Source of the DNA: Sideroxydans sp.
Lineage (GTDB): Bacteria > Pseudomonadota > Gammaproteobacteria > Burkholderiales > Gallionellaceae
Assembly: GCA_013140695.1 (NCBI GenBank)
Contig: JABFSI010000007.1
Span: 15,560-79,559 of the forward strand
Length of the DNA stretch: 64,000 nucleotides
Direction of reading: 5' to 3'
Both the position numbers and the translations under genes were made by a program. Under the pieces are notes generated by a model. The model saw nothing but the letters and a program-made list of their open reading frames with translations, searched no databases and was not told the DNA's origin. This document shows positions 28,725-39,401 of this stretch, one piece after another; position 1 is the first letter of the stretch, and every line of letters starts with the position of its first letter.

Positions 28725-28726
28725 GG

Positions 28727-28912
28727 TCAGGTTCCTTTCGTGGTGGTGGTGGTTGTCATTGTCTTTTGATTCAGGTTTTCATGTAGTTTCTGGTTCATCA
28801 AAACTTCTTGGTACCGTTCTTCAGTGCTCTGCAATTTCTTCAGTCTCAAAGACCACACGCTATATCGCAAGCCATCATTGATCGTCAGTATGCTTGGGTT
28901 AGTTGGTTTCAT
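28727..28912 (-). CDS. Hypothetical 61-codon ORF translationally coupled to the ICMT gene
   Basis: Start taken at MKPTNPS. Its stop is 2 nt from the ICMT ATG. Ends in a Thr run. No recognisable motif. Confidence 0.3.
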   Translation of the reverse strand: MKPTNPSILTINDGLRYSVWSLRLKKLQSTEERYQEVLMNQKLHENLNQKTMTTTTTTKGT

Positions 28913-29546
28913 GGATGATTCCTTTGTCATTCTGCAATCCAAACGAAGCCAGTTTCACACACGTGGACTGATAATTCGTGTGAAGAATACTTTTAATCCC
29001 CAAGTCTTCGGCGATCTGGGCGAACATCAAGGTATTCTCGATGTAGACGATCTGTTCGGCTGGCACCTGAGCGATGTCTAGCGCAAGTCGAAAGATGTCC
29101 ACGTCTGGCTTGCGAACGTGAACGAAGCAGGAAGAGATGAAAAAGTCCACGAAACCGTCCAGCTTGAACTTGCGTATCCTATATGCATTCAGTTCGCGCG
29201 CTTCATTGCTGACCACTGCAATCTTCAGCCCGTACTTTAGCTTGAACTTAACGACCAGCTCGATCATTTCGGAGTAAGGTTGTGACTGCGCAAACATGAA
29301 TTTCCGGAACTGATCCCGTGTGAATGGTCGCTCCTCGTAGAAAACCGTCCGGCTCAAATACTCCTCCAGCGTGAGCTTACCTTCCTCGCAAGTGGCGAAG
29401 TTCAGCCTATGCCGATCCTCCATCTCGTCCCACTCCAACTTGAATTTCGCCGCCGCCCGCTTTCGGGCATGACGATCCCACCCGTTAGTGAGCAGGACAC
29501 CGCCAATATCCAAAAATAATGTCGTGATCGGGATATTTCTTTTCAT
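28899..29546 (-). CDS. HAD-superfamily hydrolase (subfamily IA-like)
   Basis: LFLDIGGVLLTNGWD (motif I DxG variant), VVSNEARE, C-terminal ENTLMF region. Confidence 0.7.
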   Translation of the reverse strand: MKRNIPITTLFLDIGGVLLTNGWDRHARKRAAAKFKLEWDEMEDRHRLNFATCEEGKLTLEEYLSRTVFYEERPFTRDQFRKFMFAQSQPYSEMIELVVKFKLKYGLKIAVVSNEARELNAYRIRKFKLDGFVDFFISSCFVHVRKPDVDIFRLALDIAQVPAEQIVYIENTLMFAQIAEDLGIKSILHTNYQSTCVKLASFGLQNDKGIIHETN

Positions 29547-31825
29547 TTGGCCTCCCTCAATGTCGTCTGCGAACCTTGACTGATCGTCTCTCGAACCAAA
29601 AGTATGGCACTAGATTTGGAGCCTAGGCGGTAAGCATGTGTATCTTCCCAAAGCGGTTCCTCCCCCGCAACGAACATATCTTGTGGCGCTTCGTGCGAGG
29701 TGTCAGCGGCCAGATGCCACTGAGTATTCGGCAATAAGGATGGCAAACTAAAATCGACTGTATCGGCGCCGGCATTGAACATCAGGTACAAAGCGTTATG
29801 CTCGTCCTCAAGGATCAGGCAGGCAAACTGCTTTTCTTTTGGGTCAGTCCAGTTGGGCAAATCCCCTTGCGGGCTGAACCAAGAGATCTCGGCCTCCGTG
29901 TAGAAGTGCTCCTGACTCAGAATCGGATGCGCTTGACGAAAGGCAATCATGCCACGGGTGAAGCGGTACATCTCCTGATGCTGCTCCAGTTGGCTCCAGT
30001 CATACCAGCTGGTCTCGTTGTCCTGGCAGTAAGCATTATTGTTGCCGCCTTGCGTGCGGCAAAATTCGTCCCCGCCCGATAGCATCGGCACACCGCGCGA
30101 GATCAACAGGGTGAGCAGGAAGTTCTTGATCTGGCGCTTCCTGACGGACTTGATTTGACTATCCTCTGCCTCACCTTCAACGCCGTAATTCTCGCTGAAA
30201 TTCTCATTAGTGCCATCACGGTTGTTTTCTCCATTTGCTTCATTGTGCTTGTTTTGATAACTCACCAGATCATGCAAGGTGAAGCCATCGTGACAGGTGA
30301 CGAAATTGATGCTGCACGCGGGACATTTACCGGTCTTGGCATAAATGTCGGCGCTGCCGCAGATACGACTGGCAAATAAACCGAACATTCCATCATCGCC
30401 GTGCCAGAATCGGCGCACATCGTCACGATAGCGACCGTTCCACTCCGCCCAGCCTTGGGAAAAACTACCCACTTCATAGGCTCCGGCAGCATCCCACGCT
30501 TCGGCGATGAGTTTGGTTCCCCGCAGGATCGGATCCTCAGCGATCCGCTCGAGCAGCGGAGGATTCGACAGCAAGTTGCCAGTGCCATCCCGACCGAGAA
30601 TCGACGCCAGATCAAACCGGAACCCATCCACATGCATCTCCACCACCCAGTAACGCAATGCGCTCAAGATGAGTTCCCGCACCACGGGATGGTTGGCGTT
30701 GATGGTATTGCCAGTACCCGCGTAGTTCTTGTAGTAGCGTTTGTCTGATTCCAGCGTATAGAAAATCGCGTTATCAATCCCGCGGAAACACAACGTTGGG
30801 CCCAGCTCGTTTCCTTCTGCCGTGTGATTGAACACGACATCCAGGATTACTTCTATACCGGCACGATGGAGCGCCCGAATCATTTCCTTAAACTCCAGCT
30901 TCTGCTGACCTAAGCCTCCTGCACTACTGTAGGAGGCTTTCGGCGCAAAGAAGGCCACAGGATCGTAGCCCCAGTAATTTCTGAGTGGCTGGCCTGTTTG
31001 CGGATTGATACCCAGCACCTGCTGTTCATTGAACTCGTGCACGGGCATCAGTTCCACGGCCGTCACTCCCAAGTCTTTGAGGTAGGGGATCTTTTCCATC
31101 AGGCCACGATATGTGCCGGGATGCCCGACACCGGAACTGGGATGGGTGGTGAAGCCACGCACGTGTGTTTCATAAATGACCGTCTTCGCCCAAGGATGTC
31201 TCAGCGGCCGGTCATCATGCCAGTAGAAGTGCTCGTGAGTGAACACGCATTTTGGCATAGCACTGGCATCATCAACATTCGAACAAACCAGGTCTTGCTC
31301 CGGCGCGGACGGGTTATATCCGCGGGCTAGGTCAAAATCCCAATCAGGCAATGGCGAGATCGCCGTGGCAAAAGGGTCCAGGAGAAGCTTGTGGAAATTG
31401 AAACGATGTCCTTCCCTGGGTTGGTATGGGCCATCCACCCGATAGGCATAGAGTTGTCCGGAACGAATTCCTTTAACCCATATATGCCACACATCACCCG
31501 TGCGGTTGTGTGCGGGATCGAAATCAATAGTCTTGGACGGTGTTGCATCTCCCGGAAGATCAAATAACTCCAGACAAACGCGGGTGGCGTAACGGCTGAA
31601 GAAGGCAAAGTTGACTCCTTCGCCATGTGCATAGGTTCCCATAGGCAATGGCATACCAACTCGAACATCAGTCCGCTCCGATACCTCTGCCACATAATCA
31701 TGCAGAGAGCATTCGGACGTAGTCAGATCTGTGATTACGTCCGCCTTTTCTGCGACCTGGACTGACTTGCACAGTATTTGGTCAGTTGGTTTTTGCATTC
31801 TTTTCAGTCTTTTTGACACTTTCAT
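29543..31825 (-). CDS. glgX: Glycogen debranching enzyme (isoamylase type)
   Basis: GVNFAFFSRYATRVCLELF, VIYETHVRGFT, LGVTAVELMPVHEF, DGFRFDLA, EAWD, FVTCHDGFTL. The N-terminal 60-70 residues of the track ORF may be an over-extension. Confidence 0.85.
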   Translation of the reverse strand: MKVSKRLKRMQKPTDQILCKSVQVAEKADVITDLTTSECSLHDYVAEVSERTDVRVGMPLPMGTYAHGEGVNFAFFSRYATRVCLELFDLPGDATPSKTIDFDPAHNRTGDVWHIWVKGIRSGQLYAYRVDGPYQPREGHRFNFHKLLLDPFATAISPLPDWDFDLARGYNPSAPEQDLVCSNVDDASAMPKCVFTHEHFYWHDDRPLRHPWAKTVIYETHVRGFTTHPSSGVGHPGTYRGLMEKIPYLKDLGVTAVELMPVHEFNEQQVLGINPQTGQPLRNYWGYDPVAFFAPKASYSSAGGLGQQKLEFKEMIRALHRAGIEVILDVVFNHTAEGNELGPTLCFRGIDNAIFYTLESDKRYYKNYAGTGNTINANHPVVRELILSALRYWVVEMHVDGFRFDLASILGRDGTGNLLSNPPLLERIAEDPILRGTKLIAEAWDAAGAYEVGSFSQGWAEWNGRYRDDVRRFWHGDDGMFGLFASRICGSADIYAKTGKCPACSINFVTCHDGFTLHDLVSYQNKHNEANGENNRDGTNENFSENYGVEGEAEDSQIKSVRKRQIKNFLLTLLISRGVPMLSGGDEFCRTQGGNNNAYCQDNETSWYDWSQLEQHQEMYRFTRGMIAFRQAHPILSQEHFYTEAEISWFSPQGDLPNWTDPKEKQFACLILEDEHNALYLMFNAGADTVDFSLPSLLPNTQWHLAADTSHEAPQDMFVAGEEPLWEDTHAYRLGSKSSAILLVRETISQGSQTTLREAK

Positions 31826-32205
31826 GGGCTATCTTCCGTCACCCTTCTCTGGTTAGATGTCATCCAAGCGGTCTCGCCATACTGGACTTGATAGACCTTC
31901 GGAAGCGCCTTATTCATTTTTACTCCTCATCAGTTTGCGGTTCGCTGATCACTGCCTGGACAATGTCCAGAAATTGGTCGGCTTCAGGCTGTCGTGGTGA
32001 TGCGCAAACCGATGCGGTCGACTTTGCCATGCGGAGCTGTCGCTTTGGCTAGTCGCCCTTCAGATACAACGTAAACTAGATTCTCGACGAACCGCCTTCC
32101 ATCGCCAGCACATACATTTTTTCTTGCTTCACGAGATGATCGCTCCTTTATTCAAGTGGGTCATTTTCAGTACGCAAACTATTTTTCTCCATGGTGATTA
32201 TGCCG

Positions 32206-33483
32206 TTACGGCGTCTTGCTCGTATATGCCCTGTTCCCAAGATTACCGGGCACAAGCAACTGCGGCAGCCCGAGACTTAGTAGGAAGCCAAGTGCGGCGA
32301 ACGCCGCAGTCAGTATGAAAGGGGCGCCAGGCAAGGCGGCAATACTAAAGAGGAGTCCGCCAGCCGCTGAGCCAACGGTGACGCCGAGGCTGGCGGCTGC
32401 CGTCTGCTTGCCGAGCTCCCAACCCTGCGCGCTCCCGGCCTTGGCCGAGATCCAGTAGGTCAGAATCGGCGAAAGAGTGCCAGCACTGGCCGCAACTGCA
32501 CCGATCACGACCAACATCAGCGTAAAATTAGACGCCCACGGCACAAGGAGCAAGCCGACCGCCAGCACGGACAGCGCGGGCGCGATGAGCCAGCGAGTCA
32601 TGTCTGGCTTGAACCAGGGAGAGAATGTGATTGCCTGCATCACAAACATAACCAGGCTGCACTCGGTGAACATCAGCGCGATCTGGTACGGGGTCAAGCC
32701 AAGCTCTTGCTTGCCGCGCAGTGCGAGTCCAACCTCGAATACCCCGACGCCGGCTGAGGCAATGAAGGTGAGGATGAGCAGCTTCGGCACGAGCCTTGCA
32801 GTCTTATTGACCGAGGTGCCCGTAATCTTCTTTGATCGATCGTAGCCCTCGCCACCCGGCACGGCAAACGCGACAGCGGGAACCACGAGAAAGGCGAGCA
32901 GTGCGGTTGCTGCCAGCGGAATCGCGACCGATCCGGCCGGCATGGCGAGAGTGAAGAAACCTGCTGCCAAGCGCGTGACAAACACTCCTAGCATCGGTCC
33001 GAGCAGGAAGCCGGCAATGCCGGCCATGCTCACGAACGCGAGCCGACGGGCACGTCCCTGCTCGGTCGTAGTGAAGTTGCCGATCACAGCCGCCGCAACT
33101 GGCGTCACCGCCGCAGCGAACATGCCGCTCAAGATGCGCTCAACGTAAACCGCAGTGAGACTCTCAATGAACGAGAAAACCAACATGGTGGCACTAAAGC
33201 CGAGCAGCCCAACAAGCAGCACACCACGCGAACCACGTCGATCGGATAGTCGACCCCACATGGGAGCAAACAGAAAAAGAGAGAGGGTGTAGACAGCGGT
33301 TAGTAGCCCGGTGTGTCGGGAAACTTGCGCAGCCTCTACTCCCGCTCCTAGGAGTCGCTCAATTAGGTAGGGCAGAAGCGGAAGCACAACGCCAAAGCCG
33401 ACCGACACCGTGAAGACGGCAAGCATGAGCACAGCCATAGTGGCTCTTGGCAAATTGGCTGAGCGTTGCGTGGTGATGGTCAT
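32206..33483 (-). CDS. MFS transporter, last gene of the TP/Prs operon
   Basis: Start set at MTITTQRS, whose ATG overlaps the upstream stop (ATGA 33480..33483). VLPLLPYLIERLLG, GRLSDRRGSRG motif A. Confidence 0.8.
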   Translation of the reverse strand: MTITTQRSANLPRATMAVLMLAVFTVSVGFGVVLPLLPYLIERLLGAGVEAAQVSRHTGLLTAVYTLSLFLFAPMWGRLSDRRGSRGVLLVGLLGFSATMLVFSFIESLTAVYVERILSGMFAAAVTPVAAAVIGNFTTTEQGRARRLAFVSMAGIAGFLLGPMLGVFVTRLAAGFFTLAMPAGSVAIPLAATALLAFLVVPAVAFAVPGGEGYDRSKKITGTSVNKTARLVPKLLILTFIASAGVGVFEVGLALRGKQELGLTPYQIALMFTECSLVMFVMQAITFSPWFKPDMTRWLIAPALSVLAVGLLLVPWASNFTLMLVVIGAVAASAGTLSPILTYWISAKAGSAQGWELGKQTAAASLGVTVGSAAGGLLFSIAALPGAPFILTAAFAALGFLLSLGLPQLLVPGNLGNRAYTSKTP

Positions 33484-33785
33484 GCTGACACTTTCGCTGC
33501 TGCCGCTGAGCCGCCCACTAGGATACCCTCGTGGGTATACTTGAGCAGCAATAAGTTTACTGCCGTGCTCTGCAACTCTGGCAACAGGCGCATATCGCTG
33601 TCGATCTGAGCCTTGATGAGCGCCCTGCGTATCTTCACTATCACCAGCCGTTCGTCGCGCTGGCACATCTTGTGCACTTGCGTGATGGTCGCGGCCGCCA
33701 TCAGGTGCGCCTCAAATACAGCAATGGATTTCCCCAGCACCTGCTCCGCCTCGCGCCGTGCGACCTTGTCCAAAAACAGGTTCAT
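33480..33785 (-). CDS. Hypothetical 101-aa protein
   Basis: Start set at MNLFLDKVARREAEQ (ATGA overlap with the Prs-family stop at 33782..33785). No motif recognised. Confidence 0.5.
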   Translation of the reverse strand: MNLFLDKVARREAEQVLGKSIAVFEAHLMAAATITQVHKMCQRDERLVIVKIRRALIKAQIDSDMRLLPELQSTAVNLLLLKYTHEGILVGGSAAAAKVSA

Positions 33786-34696
33786 TGCCCCTCCTCTGCT
33801 GCCGATGCTGGTACAAGCATCGTGCGCACGCCAGTAGCCAGCAGGTCGCCGAGGTCGATGGCATTGCTTACGTGCACGATTGTGTTGCAGGTTACGACAC
33901 GCGTAGCGCCAGCGGAGAGTAGCGATTCGTATGCGTCGCCGGCAAAAATCGCGTGGACGCCGATGCATATCGGCGGCGGAAGCCCTGCGCGCCGCAGGTG
34001 ACCAACAGTTTCGATCATGGTGCGCGCCGTAGAGATAATATCATCCACCAGTACCGGTGTGTGCGCACGCCAGCGCTCAACGTCCGGCACCGAGACCTCG
34101 ACTTCGTGATCGCTGCGGCGAATCTTCCGTAAGACCACGTATGGCGCACCGGACGCGCTCGCCACCGCCGCCACCCATTGTTCGCTTTCGGAATCGGGGC
34201 CAACTATCACGGGCGAGTCCACGTGCTGGCGAATCCAGGTGGAAACGAGCTCCGCCGCATGCACCACGTATGACGGAATCGAATAAATCTCGTCGAGGCT
34301 GTCGCGCCGGTGCAGGTGAGGATCCACTGTCACGAGCCAGTCTACGGAAGCGGACAGTAGCTGCGCGAAATACACTGACGTCACCGCCTCGCCGGATAAA
34401 AAGCGTTGGTCCTGGCGCATGTACGCAAGATATGGGGTCACCAGCCCCACACATGCGGCGCCGAGTTCCTTCGCCGTAGCTGCGGTAAAGAGAAGCGGCA
34501 ACAGCTTATCGTCCGGCCGGTCGAGGGTGGCTACCACAATTACCGTGCGTCCAGCTAGTTCAGTCTCAATGCGCAGATATGTCTCGCCATCCGGAAAGCG
34601 CCGCACCATAAACTGGCCAATCACGGCGTCAAGTCTCTGCGCCAGTGCCTGAGCCTGCGCCTCATTACCAGGAAGAGGAAGGAGTACTGGCTTCAT
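33782..34696 (-). CDS. Ribose-phosphate pyrophosphokinase (PRPP synthetase) family protein
   Basis: RFPDGETYLRIE, YLAYMRQDQRF, VLVDDIISTARTM (PRPP-binding loop). Confidence 0.8.
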   Translation of the reverse strand: MKPVLLPLPGNEAQAQALAQRLDAVIGQFMVRRFPDGETYLRIETELAGRTVIVVATLDRPDDKLLPLLFTAATAKELGAACVGLVTPYLAYMRQDQRFLSGEAVTSVYFAQLLSASVDWLVTVDPHLHRRDSLDEIYSIPSYVVHAAELVSTWIRQHVDSPVIVGPDSESEQWVAAVASASGAPYVVLRKIRRSDHEVEVSVPDVERWRAHTPVLVDDIISTARTMIETVGHLRRAGLPPPICIGVHAIFAGDAYESLLSAGATRVVTCNTIVHVSNAIDLGDLLATGVRTMLVPASAAEEGQ

Positions 34697-36234
34697 GTTT
34701 CGGCCTCCACGTATACGATTCCGGGTTGTAAAGCGACGTAGTTGAGCGCGTAGGCGAGTTCGCCTGGGGTCTCGGCATGCACGGTAAAGAGCGGCTGGCC
34801 TTTCTCTACGGTTAACCCAAGAGGGGTATGCAGTTTCAGCCCAGCGGCCGGGGCACGTGGCGCGCCAGCGAGCTTGGCCACGCGTGCCAGACGGCGATTA
34901 TCTATCTCCGTTACGCGCCCGCTCTGCACAGCCTTTACCACGTGCATGTACGCAGCTACCGGTAGCTCGCGCAGTCCGCCTTGGGCGGCACAGATGGCCT
35001 CGAATTTATTCCACGCGCGGCCATCTTCCAGAATTTCCCGTGCTAGGCGCGCGCCCTCACCGGGCGATATCCCTGGTGCGAATGCGAGCACCGTACCGGC
35101 GAGGCGTAGCGCACGCTCACGCAGATCCGCCGATGCATCAGCTTCTTGGCGCAATACAGCAAGCACATCGCGCGCCTCCAGTGCCGGACCGATGCCTCGT
35201 CCCACCGGCTGAGCGCCGTCGGTGATGACCGTGTGCACAGTAAGGCCAACAGCATGACCGACCTCAACAAGTAGCGCGCTCAGTGTCTGTGCTGCCTGCG
35301 TGCTACGCACTTTGGCGGTTTCACCCACTGGGATATCGATAACCACATGACTCGATCCGGCTGCGACTTTCTTCGACAATATTGATGCGACGAGTTGACC
35401 TTCACTGTCAAGATCAAGCGGGCGTTCAACGCGAATGAGGACATCGTCTGCCGGACTTAGGCGCATCGCACCACCCCAGACGATGCAGCCGCCTTCGCGC
35501 TCCACTACTCGGCGCATGGCTGGGACATCCAGCTTGACCTCCGTCAGCGTCTCCATCACATCCGCGGTACCTGCGGGCGATGTAATGGCACGCGACGAAG
35601 TTTTGGGCATAGTGAGACCAAAAGCCGCAACAATAGGCACCACAATTAATGTCGTGCGGTTGCCCGGCAATCCGCCGACGCAGTGCTTGTCCACCACTGG
35701 GGGATAGTTCCAAGAGAGCCGTTCACCGACCTCAATCATGGCGCGTGTGAGTGCGATGGTCTCACCGAGATCAAGGCGCGCGCCAGCACAGGCCGTGATA
35801 AAAGCCGCGAGTTCGATATCAGAATAGAGGCCGGCAGCTACATCGCTCACAATTGCCTGCACAGCATCGCCTGCGAGCTTATGGCCGTAAACCTTGGCGC
35901 GCACATGGCGTAGCGACTCGAGCGGAGCAAGATGCGCGAGCGCCACGACATCGCCAGGGCGCGCGTTGAGTCGGCGCCACGCCGCTTCAGACAATCCTGC
36001 CTCATCGGGAGCGAGCAACTCGCTATCCACAACGTTGAGGGTTGCAACCAGCATACGGCCGTTGAGGTGAACCTCAACACGTGTCTGCGCCTCGAAACCC
36101 TCGGCACGGCACACATGGCAATCGCGGCGCATATAAATCACCGCTTCCTGGTAAGTATCGATGCCAAGGCGTCGTAGGCGCAGCGTGTGCGGTCTCTGTT
36201 CGTGTTCAGGATAATTCATGGCGACCGGCCTCAT
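34693..36234 (-). CDS. Thymidine phosphorylase family protein of the long type (putative thymidine/AMP phosphorylase branch)
   Basis: About 510 aa with an N-terminal extension. [37 protein letters not shown], glycosyl-transferase family 3 core and a PYNP C-terminal domain. Confidence 0.8.
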   Translation of the reverse strand: MRPVAMNYPEHEQRPHTLRLRRLGIDTYQEAVIYMRRDCHVCRAEGFEAQTRVEVHLNGRMLVATLNVVDSELLAPDEAGLSEAAWRRLNARPGDVVALAHLAPLESLRHVRAKVYGHKLAGDAVQAIVSDVAAGLYSDIELAAFITACAGARLDLGETIALTRAMIEVGERLSWNYPPVVDKHCVGGLPGNRTTLIVVPIVAAFGLTMPKTSSRAITSPAGTADVMETLTEVKLDVPAMRRVVEREGGCIVWGGAMRLSPADDVLIRVERPLDLDSEGQLVASILSKKVAAGSSHVVIDIPVGETAKVRSTQAAQTLSALLVEVGHAVGLTVHTVITDGAQPVGRGIGPALEARDVLAVLRQEADASADLRERALRLAGTVLAFAPGISPGEGARLAREILEDGRAWNKFEAICAAQGGLRELPVAAYMHVVKAVQSGRVTEIDNRRLARVAKLAGAPRAPAAGLKLHTPLGLTVEKGQPLFTVHAETPGELAYALNYVALQPGIVYVEAET

Positions 36235-38614
36235 TAGATGCGTGCACAGCCACTCCGCTTGGCTGACGGATGCCAGCCAGCTTGGTACGCTTCAGCATTA
36301 AAGCATTGATCGCTACCACCGCGGAACTACCAGACATCGAAAGCGCTGCGATCTCTGGACTCAGCACGAACGGGTAGAAAACGCCAGCGGCGAGCGGGAA
36401 TGCGATGACGTTGTAGCCAACCGCCCACCAAAGATTCTGGTGCATTTTACGCAGCGTTGCGCGTGACAGCTCGATGGCGCCGACGATGTCATAGGGGTCG
36501 CTCTTCATCAGCACGACATCGGCACTTTCCATTGCGACATCAGTGCCAGCACCAATGGCAAAACCGACATTTGCTTGGGTCAGCGCTGGCGCATCGTTAA
36601 CACCATCACCCACCATCCCGACCTTTTTGCCCGTTGCCTGCAACTCTTTCACCTTCTCGGCCTTCTGACTGGGCAGCACATCAGCCAGCACGTGGTCAAT
36701 ACCGAGATCCGCAGCGATGCGCCTGGCGGTGCCGGCGTTGTCGCCAGTCAGCATCACCACCTCGATACCGCGCTCGCGTAACTTGGACACGGTTGCCTTG
36801 GCGGTCGGCCTGATCGCATCGGCGATGGCGATGAGGCCAACCACACGGCCATTCTGGGCCACATATACCACAGTGCGACCATCACCCTGCAGGCGAGTAG
36901 CCTCCGCTTCCAATAGGCCCAGTGCAAGCTTTTGTGTATCCATCAGCAAGCGGTTGCCGAGAAATACTGTCCCACCAGCAGTCTCGGCGCGTGCACCCAT
37001 ACCATCGAGGCTTTCGAATCCTGTCGTTGCCGCGACGGTGAGATGCGCAGCCCGGCGCAGGATAGCCTGCGCCAACGGATGGTCGGACCCCTGCTCGACG
37101 GCAGCGGCGGCTGTCAGCATCACATCCTCGGTAACTCCTTCCGCTACCACCATCTCCACGACCTCAGGCTGGCCGATGGTGAGCGTACCGGTCTTATCGA
37201 AGACGATGACGTTGAGCTTGGTGGCGTCTTCTAGCGCCGAGGCGTTCTTGAACAAAATACCGTTCATCGCGCCCAGCCCGGTACCCACCATGACCGCCAT
37301 CGGCGTTGCGAGCCCCAACGCATCAGGGCAGGCGATCACGAAAACCGTGATGGTCAGCGTCACCGCGAACAGCAGCGGCTGTCCGATCCACCAGAACCAC
37401 ACCGCAAAGGTCGCAAGACCGATGACGATTGCAGCAATCACCAGCCATTGCGCTGCCTTATCCGCCAGGAGTTGCGCCGGCGCCTTTGAGTTCTGCGCCT
37501 CCTGCACCAGTTTTACAATCTGCGCCAGCGCCGTATCGGCCCCGACCTTCGTCGCTTTGTAGCGAAAGCTACCGCTCTTGTTGATGGTCGCACCAATCAC
37601 CGTAGCACCAGGTCCCTTCTGCACCGGCATCGACTCACCAGTGAGCATGGACTCGTCAACTAATGACTCACCGGTCTCCACCGTGCCATCGACCGGAATT
37701 TTGTTGCCCGGCCGGATCACGACCATGTCGCCCTCTAACACCTCCGCTGTTGGAACTTCAATCTCGACGCCGTTGCGGATAACAGAGGCCTTCGCCGGGG
37801 CAAGATCCATCAGTGCTGTAATAGCCGCTGAGGCGCCGGCACGAGCACGCATTTCCAGCCAATGACCAAGCAGGATGAAAACCAGCAATACAGCCACAGC
37901 TTCATAGAACTGCTCACCCTTGAAAAAGAATGTGGTACCGACGCTGAAGACATAACCAGTACCGACTGACAGCACCACCAGTAGCGCCATGTTGAGTACG
38001 CCATTCTTGAGCGCGCGCCAGGCAGCGACGAAGAACGGCCAACTGGGATAGATCACGGCGATGGTGGCCAAGACAAACAGCCACAAATTGAGGTTCAAAC
38101 CGAAAGGCGGTGCCGGTGGCGTAAACAACCCACCCATGGGTGAATAGACAAAGATCGGAATGGTGAATAGCAGGCAAATCCAGAAGCGATTGCGCATGTC
38201 GCGCACCATGGCTTGCATATCCATGCCACCGCCATGACCCATCTCGTGAGCCATGGTATCTTTACCGCCATGCACGGCGTGTCCCGCATGGGCGAGAGGT
38301 GCCTCATGCTCAGCATGCGCTTCATGGACATGTGCGGCATGGGGCGCTATCGCAAGCGCGGCAGCTGGGGGATCTTCAGGCACGCAGACATGGCTCGGTA
38401 TCCGCTCCCCGGCACAGTGATAGCCACACGCATGCACCTTGGCCTTAATGGCCTTGAGGTTGGCCACTGTCTCGTCATAGACCACAGTCGCGCTGTTGGC
38501 CACATAGTTGACCTCTACCTTGTGCACACCTGGGAGTTTGGCAAGCTGCTTCTCCACCCCGCGGGCGCTTAATGCCGACAGCATCCCGTCTACTTTAATT
38601 GTGATAGTTTTCAT
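36206..38614 (-). CDS. His-rich CopB-like P1B ATPase with a CPD TM4 motif and a Cys-less HMA domain
   Basis: [21 protein letters not shown]4 reads [12 protein letters not shown] (checked at the nucleotide level: tgc cct gat). N-terminus [17 protein letters not shown] has no CxxC, followed by [26 protein letters not shown] and [20 protein letters not shown]. Last TMs: [24 protein letters not shown]. Confidence 0.85.
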   Translation of the reverse strand: MKTITIKVDGMLSALSARGVEKQLAKLPGVHKVEVNYVANSATVVYDETVANLKAIKAKVHACGYHCAGERIPSHVCVPEDPPAAALAIAPHAAHVHEAHAEHEAPLAHAGHAVHGGKDTMAHEMGHGGGMDMQAMVRDMRNRFWICLLFTIPIFVYSPMGGLFTPPAPPFGLNLNLWLFVLATIAVIYPSWPFFVAAWRALKNGVLNMALLVVLSVGTGYVFSVGTTFFFKGEQFYEAVAVLLVFILLGHWLEMRARAGASAAITALMDLAPAKASVIRNGVEIEVPTAEVLEGDMVVIRPGNKIPVDGTVETGESLVDESMLTGESMPVQKGPGATVIGATINKSGSFRYKATKVGADTALAQIVKLVQEAQNSKAPAQLLADKAAQWLVIAAIVIGLATFAVWFWWIGQPLLFAVTLTITVFVIACPDALGLATPMAVMVGTGLGAMNGILFKNASALEDATKLNVIVFDKTGTLTIGQPEVVEMVVAEGVTEDVMLTAAAAVEQGSDHPLAQAILRRAAHLTVAATTGFESLDGMGARAETAGGTVFLGNRLLMDTQKLALGLLEAEATRLQGDGRTVVYVAQNGRVVGLIAIADAIRPTAKATVSKLRERGIEVVMLTGDNAGTARRIAADLGIDHVLADVLPSQKAEKVKELQATGKKVGMVGDGVNDAPALTQANVGFAIGAGTDVAMESADVVLMKSDPYDIVGAIELSRATLRKMHQNLWWAVGYNVIAFPLAAGVFYPFVLSPEIAALSMSGSSAVVAINALMLKRTKLAGIRQPSGVAVHASNEAGRHELS

Positions 38615-38649
38615 AACCTAACTCCTTTTTGTTTTTTATTTACCTGCTC

Positions 38650-39399
38650 TTACCAATAACTTTCCAAGGTAATATGGCCGGGGTCATGCCGCCGGTTTTT
38701 CTTTAATCCCCGCACAAGCAACGCCTCAGTGGTATCGCGCAGCATATTCGGGTTGCCGCACAGCATCACTTGTGAATTCTCCGGGATAAGTGTCACCCCG
38801 GCCTTAGCTTCAAGCCGTCCATCGGTTAGTGCTTCCGGAATGCGTGCTTGCAACGCAAAATCCGTTTCTGCGCGGCTGACGAAAGGCACGAAACGAAATT
38901 GTTCGCCATGCTGTTGCGTGAATTCTCGGATGTTATCAGCATACGCAAGTTCGTCGGCATGGCTCACCCCATGGGCAAGTATCACACGGTCAAAGCGCTG
39001 CCACGGCTCATCGGTTTTGAGGATAGAGAGAAACGGTCCAATACCGGTACCCGTCGAGAGCAGCCACAAGTGTCTTGCCTCGGGCACTTCGGAGAGTGTC
39101 AAAAATCCAAAACCATTCGGTAAAACCAGAACCGCATCACCCACTGCGAGCATAGCCAGGCGTTGCGTAAGCAACCCGCCAGGCACCTGTATAAAATAAA
39201 ATTCCAAGGGATTTTGCCCTGGTGCATTAACGAATGAATAAGGACGCCCAACTACTTCGTTATTAATATTGAGCGCGAGCTTGGTGAACTGCCCGGCCTG
39301 GAACGGCGCCACTTCGGCATCCACCTGTAGCGAGTACAGTCGCTCGGTCCAACGTCGCCTGCCCACCACTCGGCCTTCTACAAATTTGCTCATATTCAC
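38650..39399 (-). CDS. fpr: Ferredoxin/flavodoxin-NADP+ reductase
   Basis: RPYSFVNAP (FAD site), LLSTGTGIGPF (NADP site), C-terminal ITLESYW as in Fpr. Confidence 0.8.
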   Translation of the reverse strand: MNMSKFVEGRVVGRRRWTERLYSLQVDAEVAPFQAGQFTKLALNINNEVVGRPYSFVNAPGQNPLEFYFIQVPGGLLTQRLAMLAVGDAVLVLPNGFGFLTLSEVPEARHLWLLSTGTGIGPFLSILKTDEPWQRFDRVILAHGVSHADELAYADNIREFTQQHGEQFRFVPFVSRAETDFALQARIPEALTDGRLEAKAGVTLIPENSQVMLCGNPNMLRDTTEALLVRGLKKNRRHDPGHITLESYW

Positions 39400-39401
39400 A
39401 G

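Noticed and set aside
31826-32205. 380-nt gap with short minus-strand ORFs, including a 31-codon ORF reading MNKALPKVYQVQYGETAWM (faint histidine-phosphatase RHGETxW resemblance)
   Set aside because: The catalytic RH is replaced by QY, the ORF stops after 31 codons and the similarity is too short. It is possibly a gene relic but cannot be supported.
36717-37562. 281-aa plus-strand ORF inside the CPD ATPase gene (similar cases at 3648..4097, 13582..14238, 24299..24982, 40919..41563)
   Set aside because: They are antisense to genes with unambiguous P-type ATPase, RND, ABC or flavoprotein motifs, and their composition is that of reverse-frame translation.
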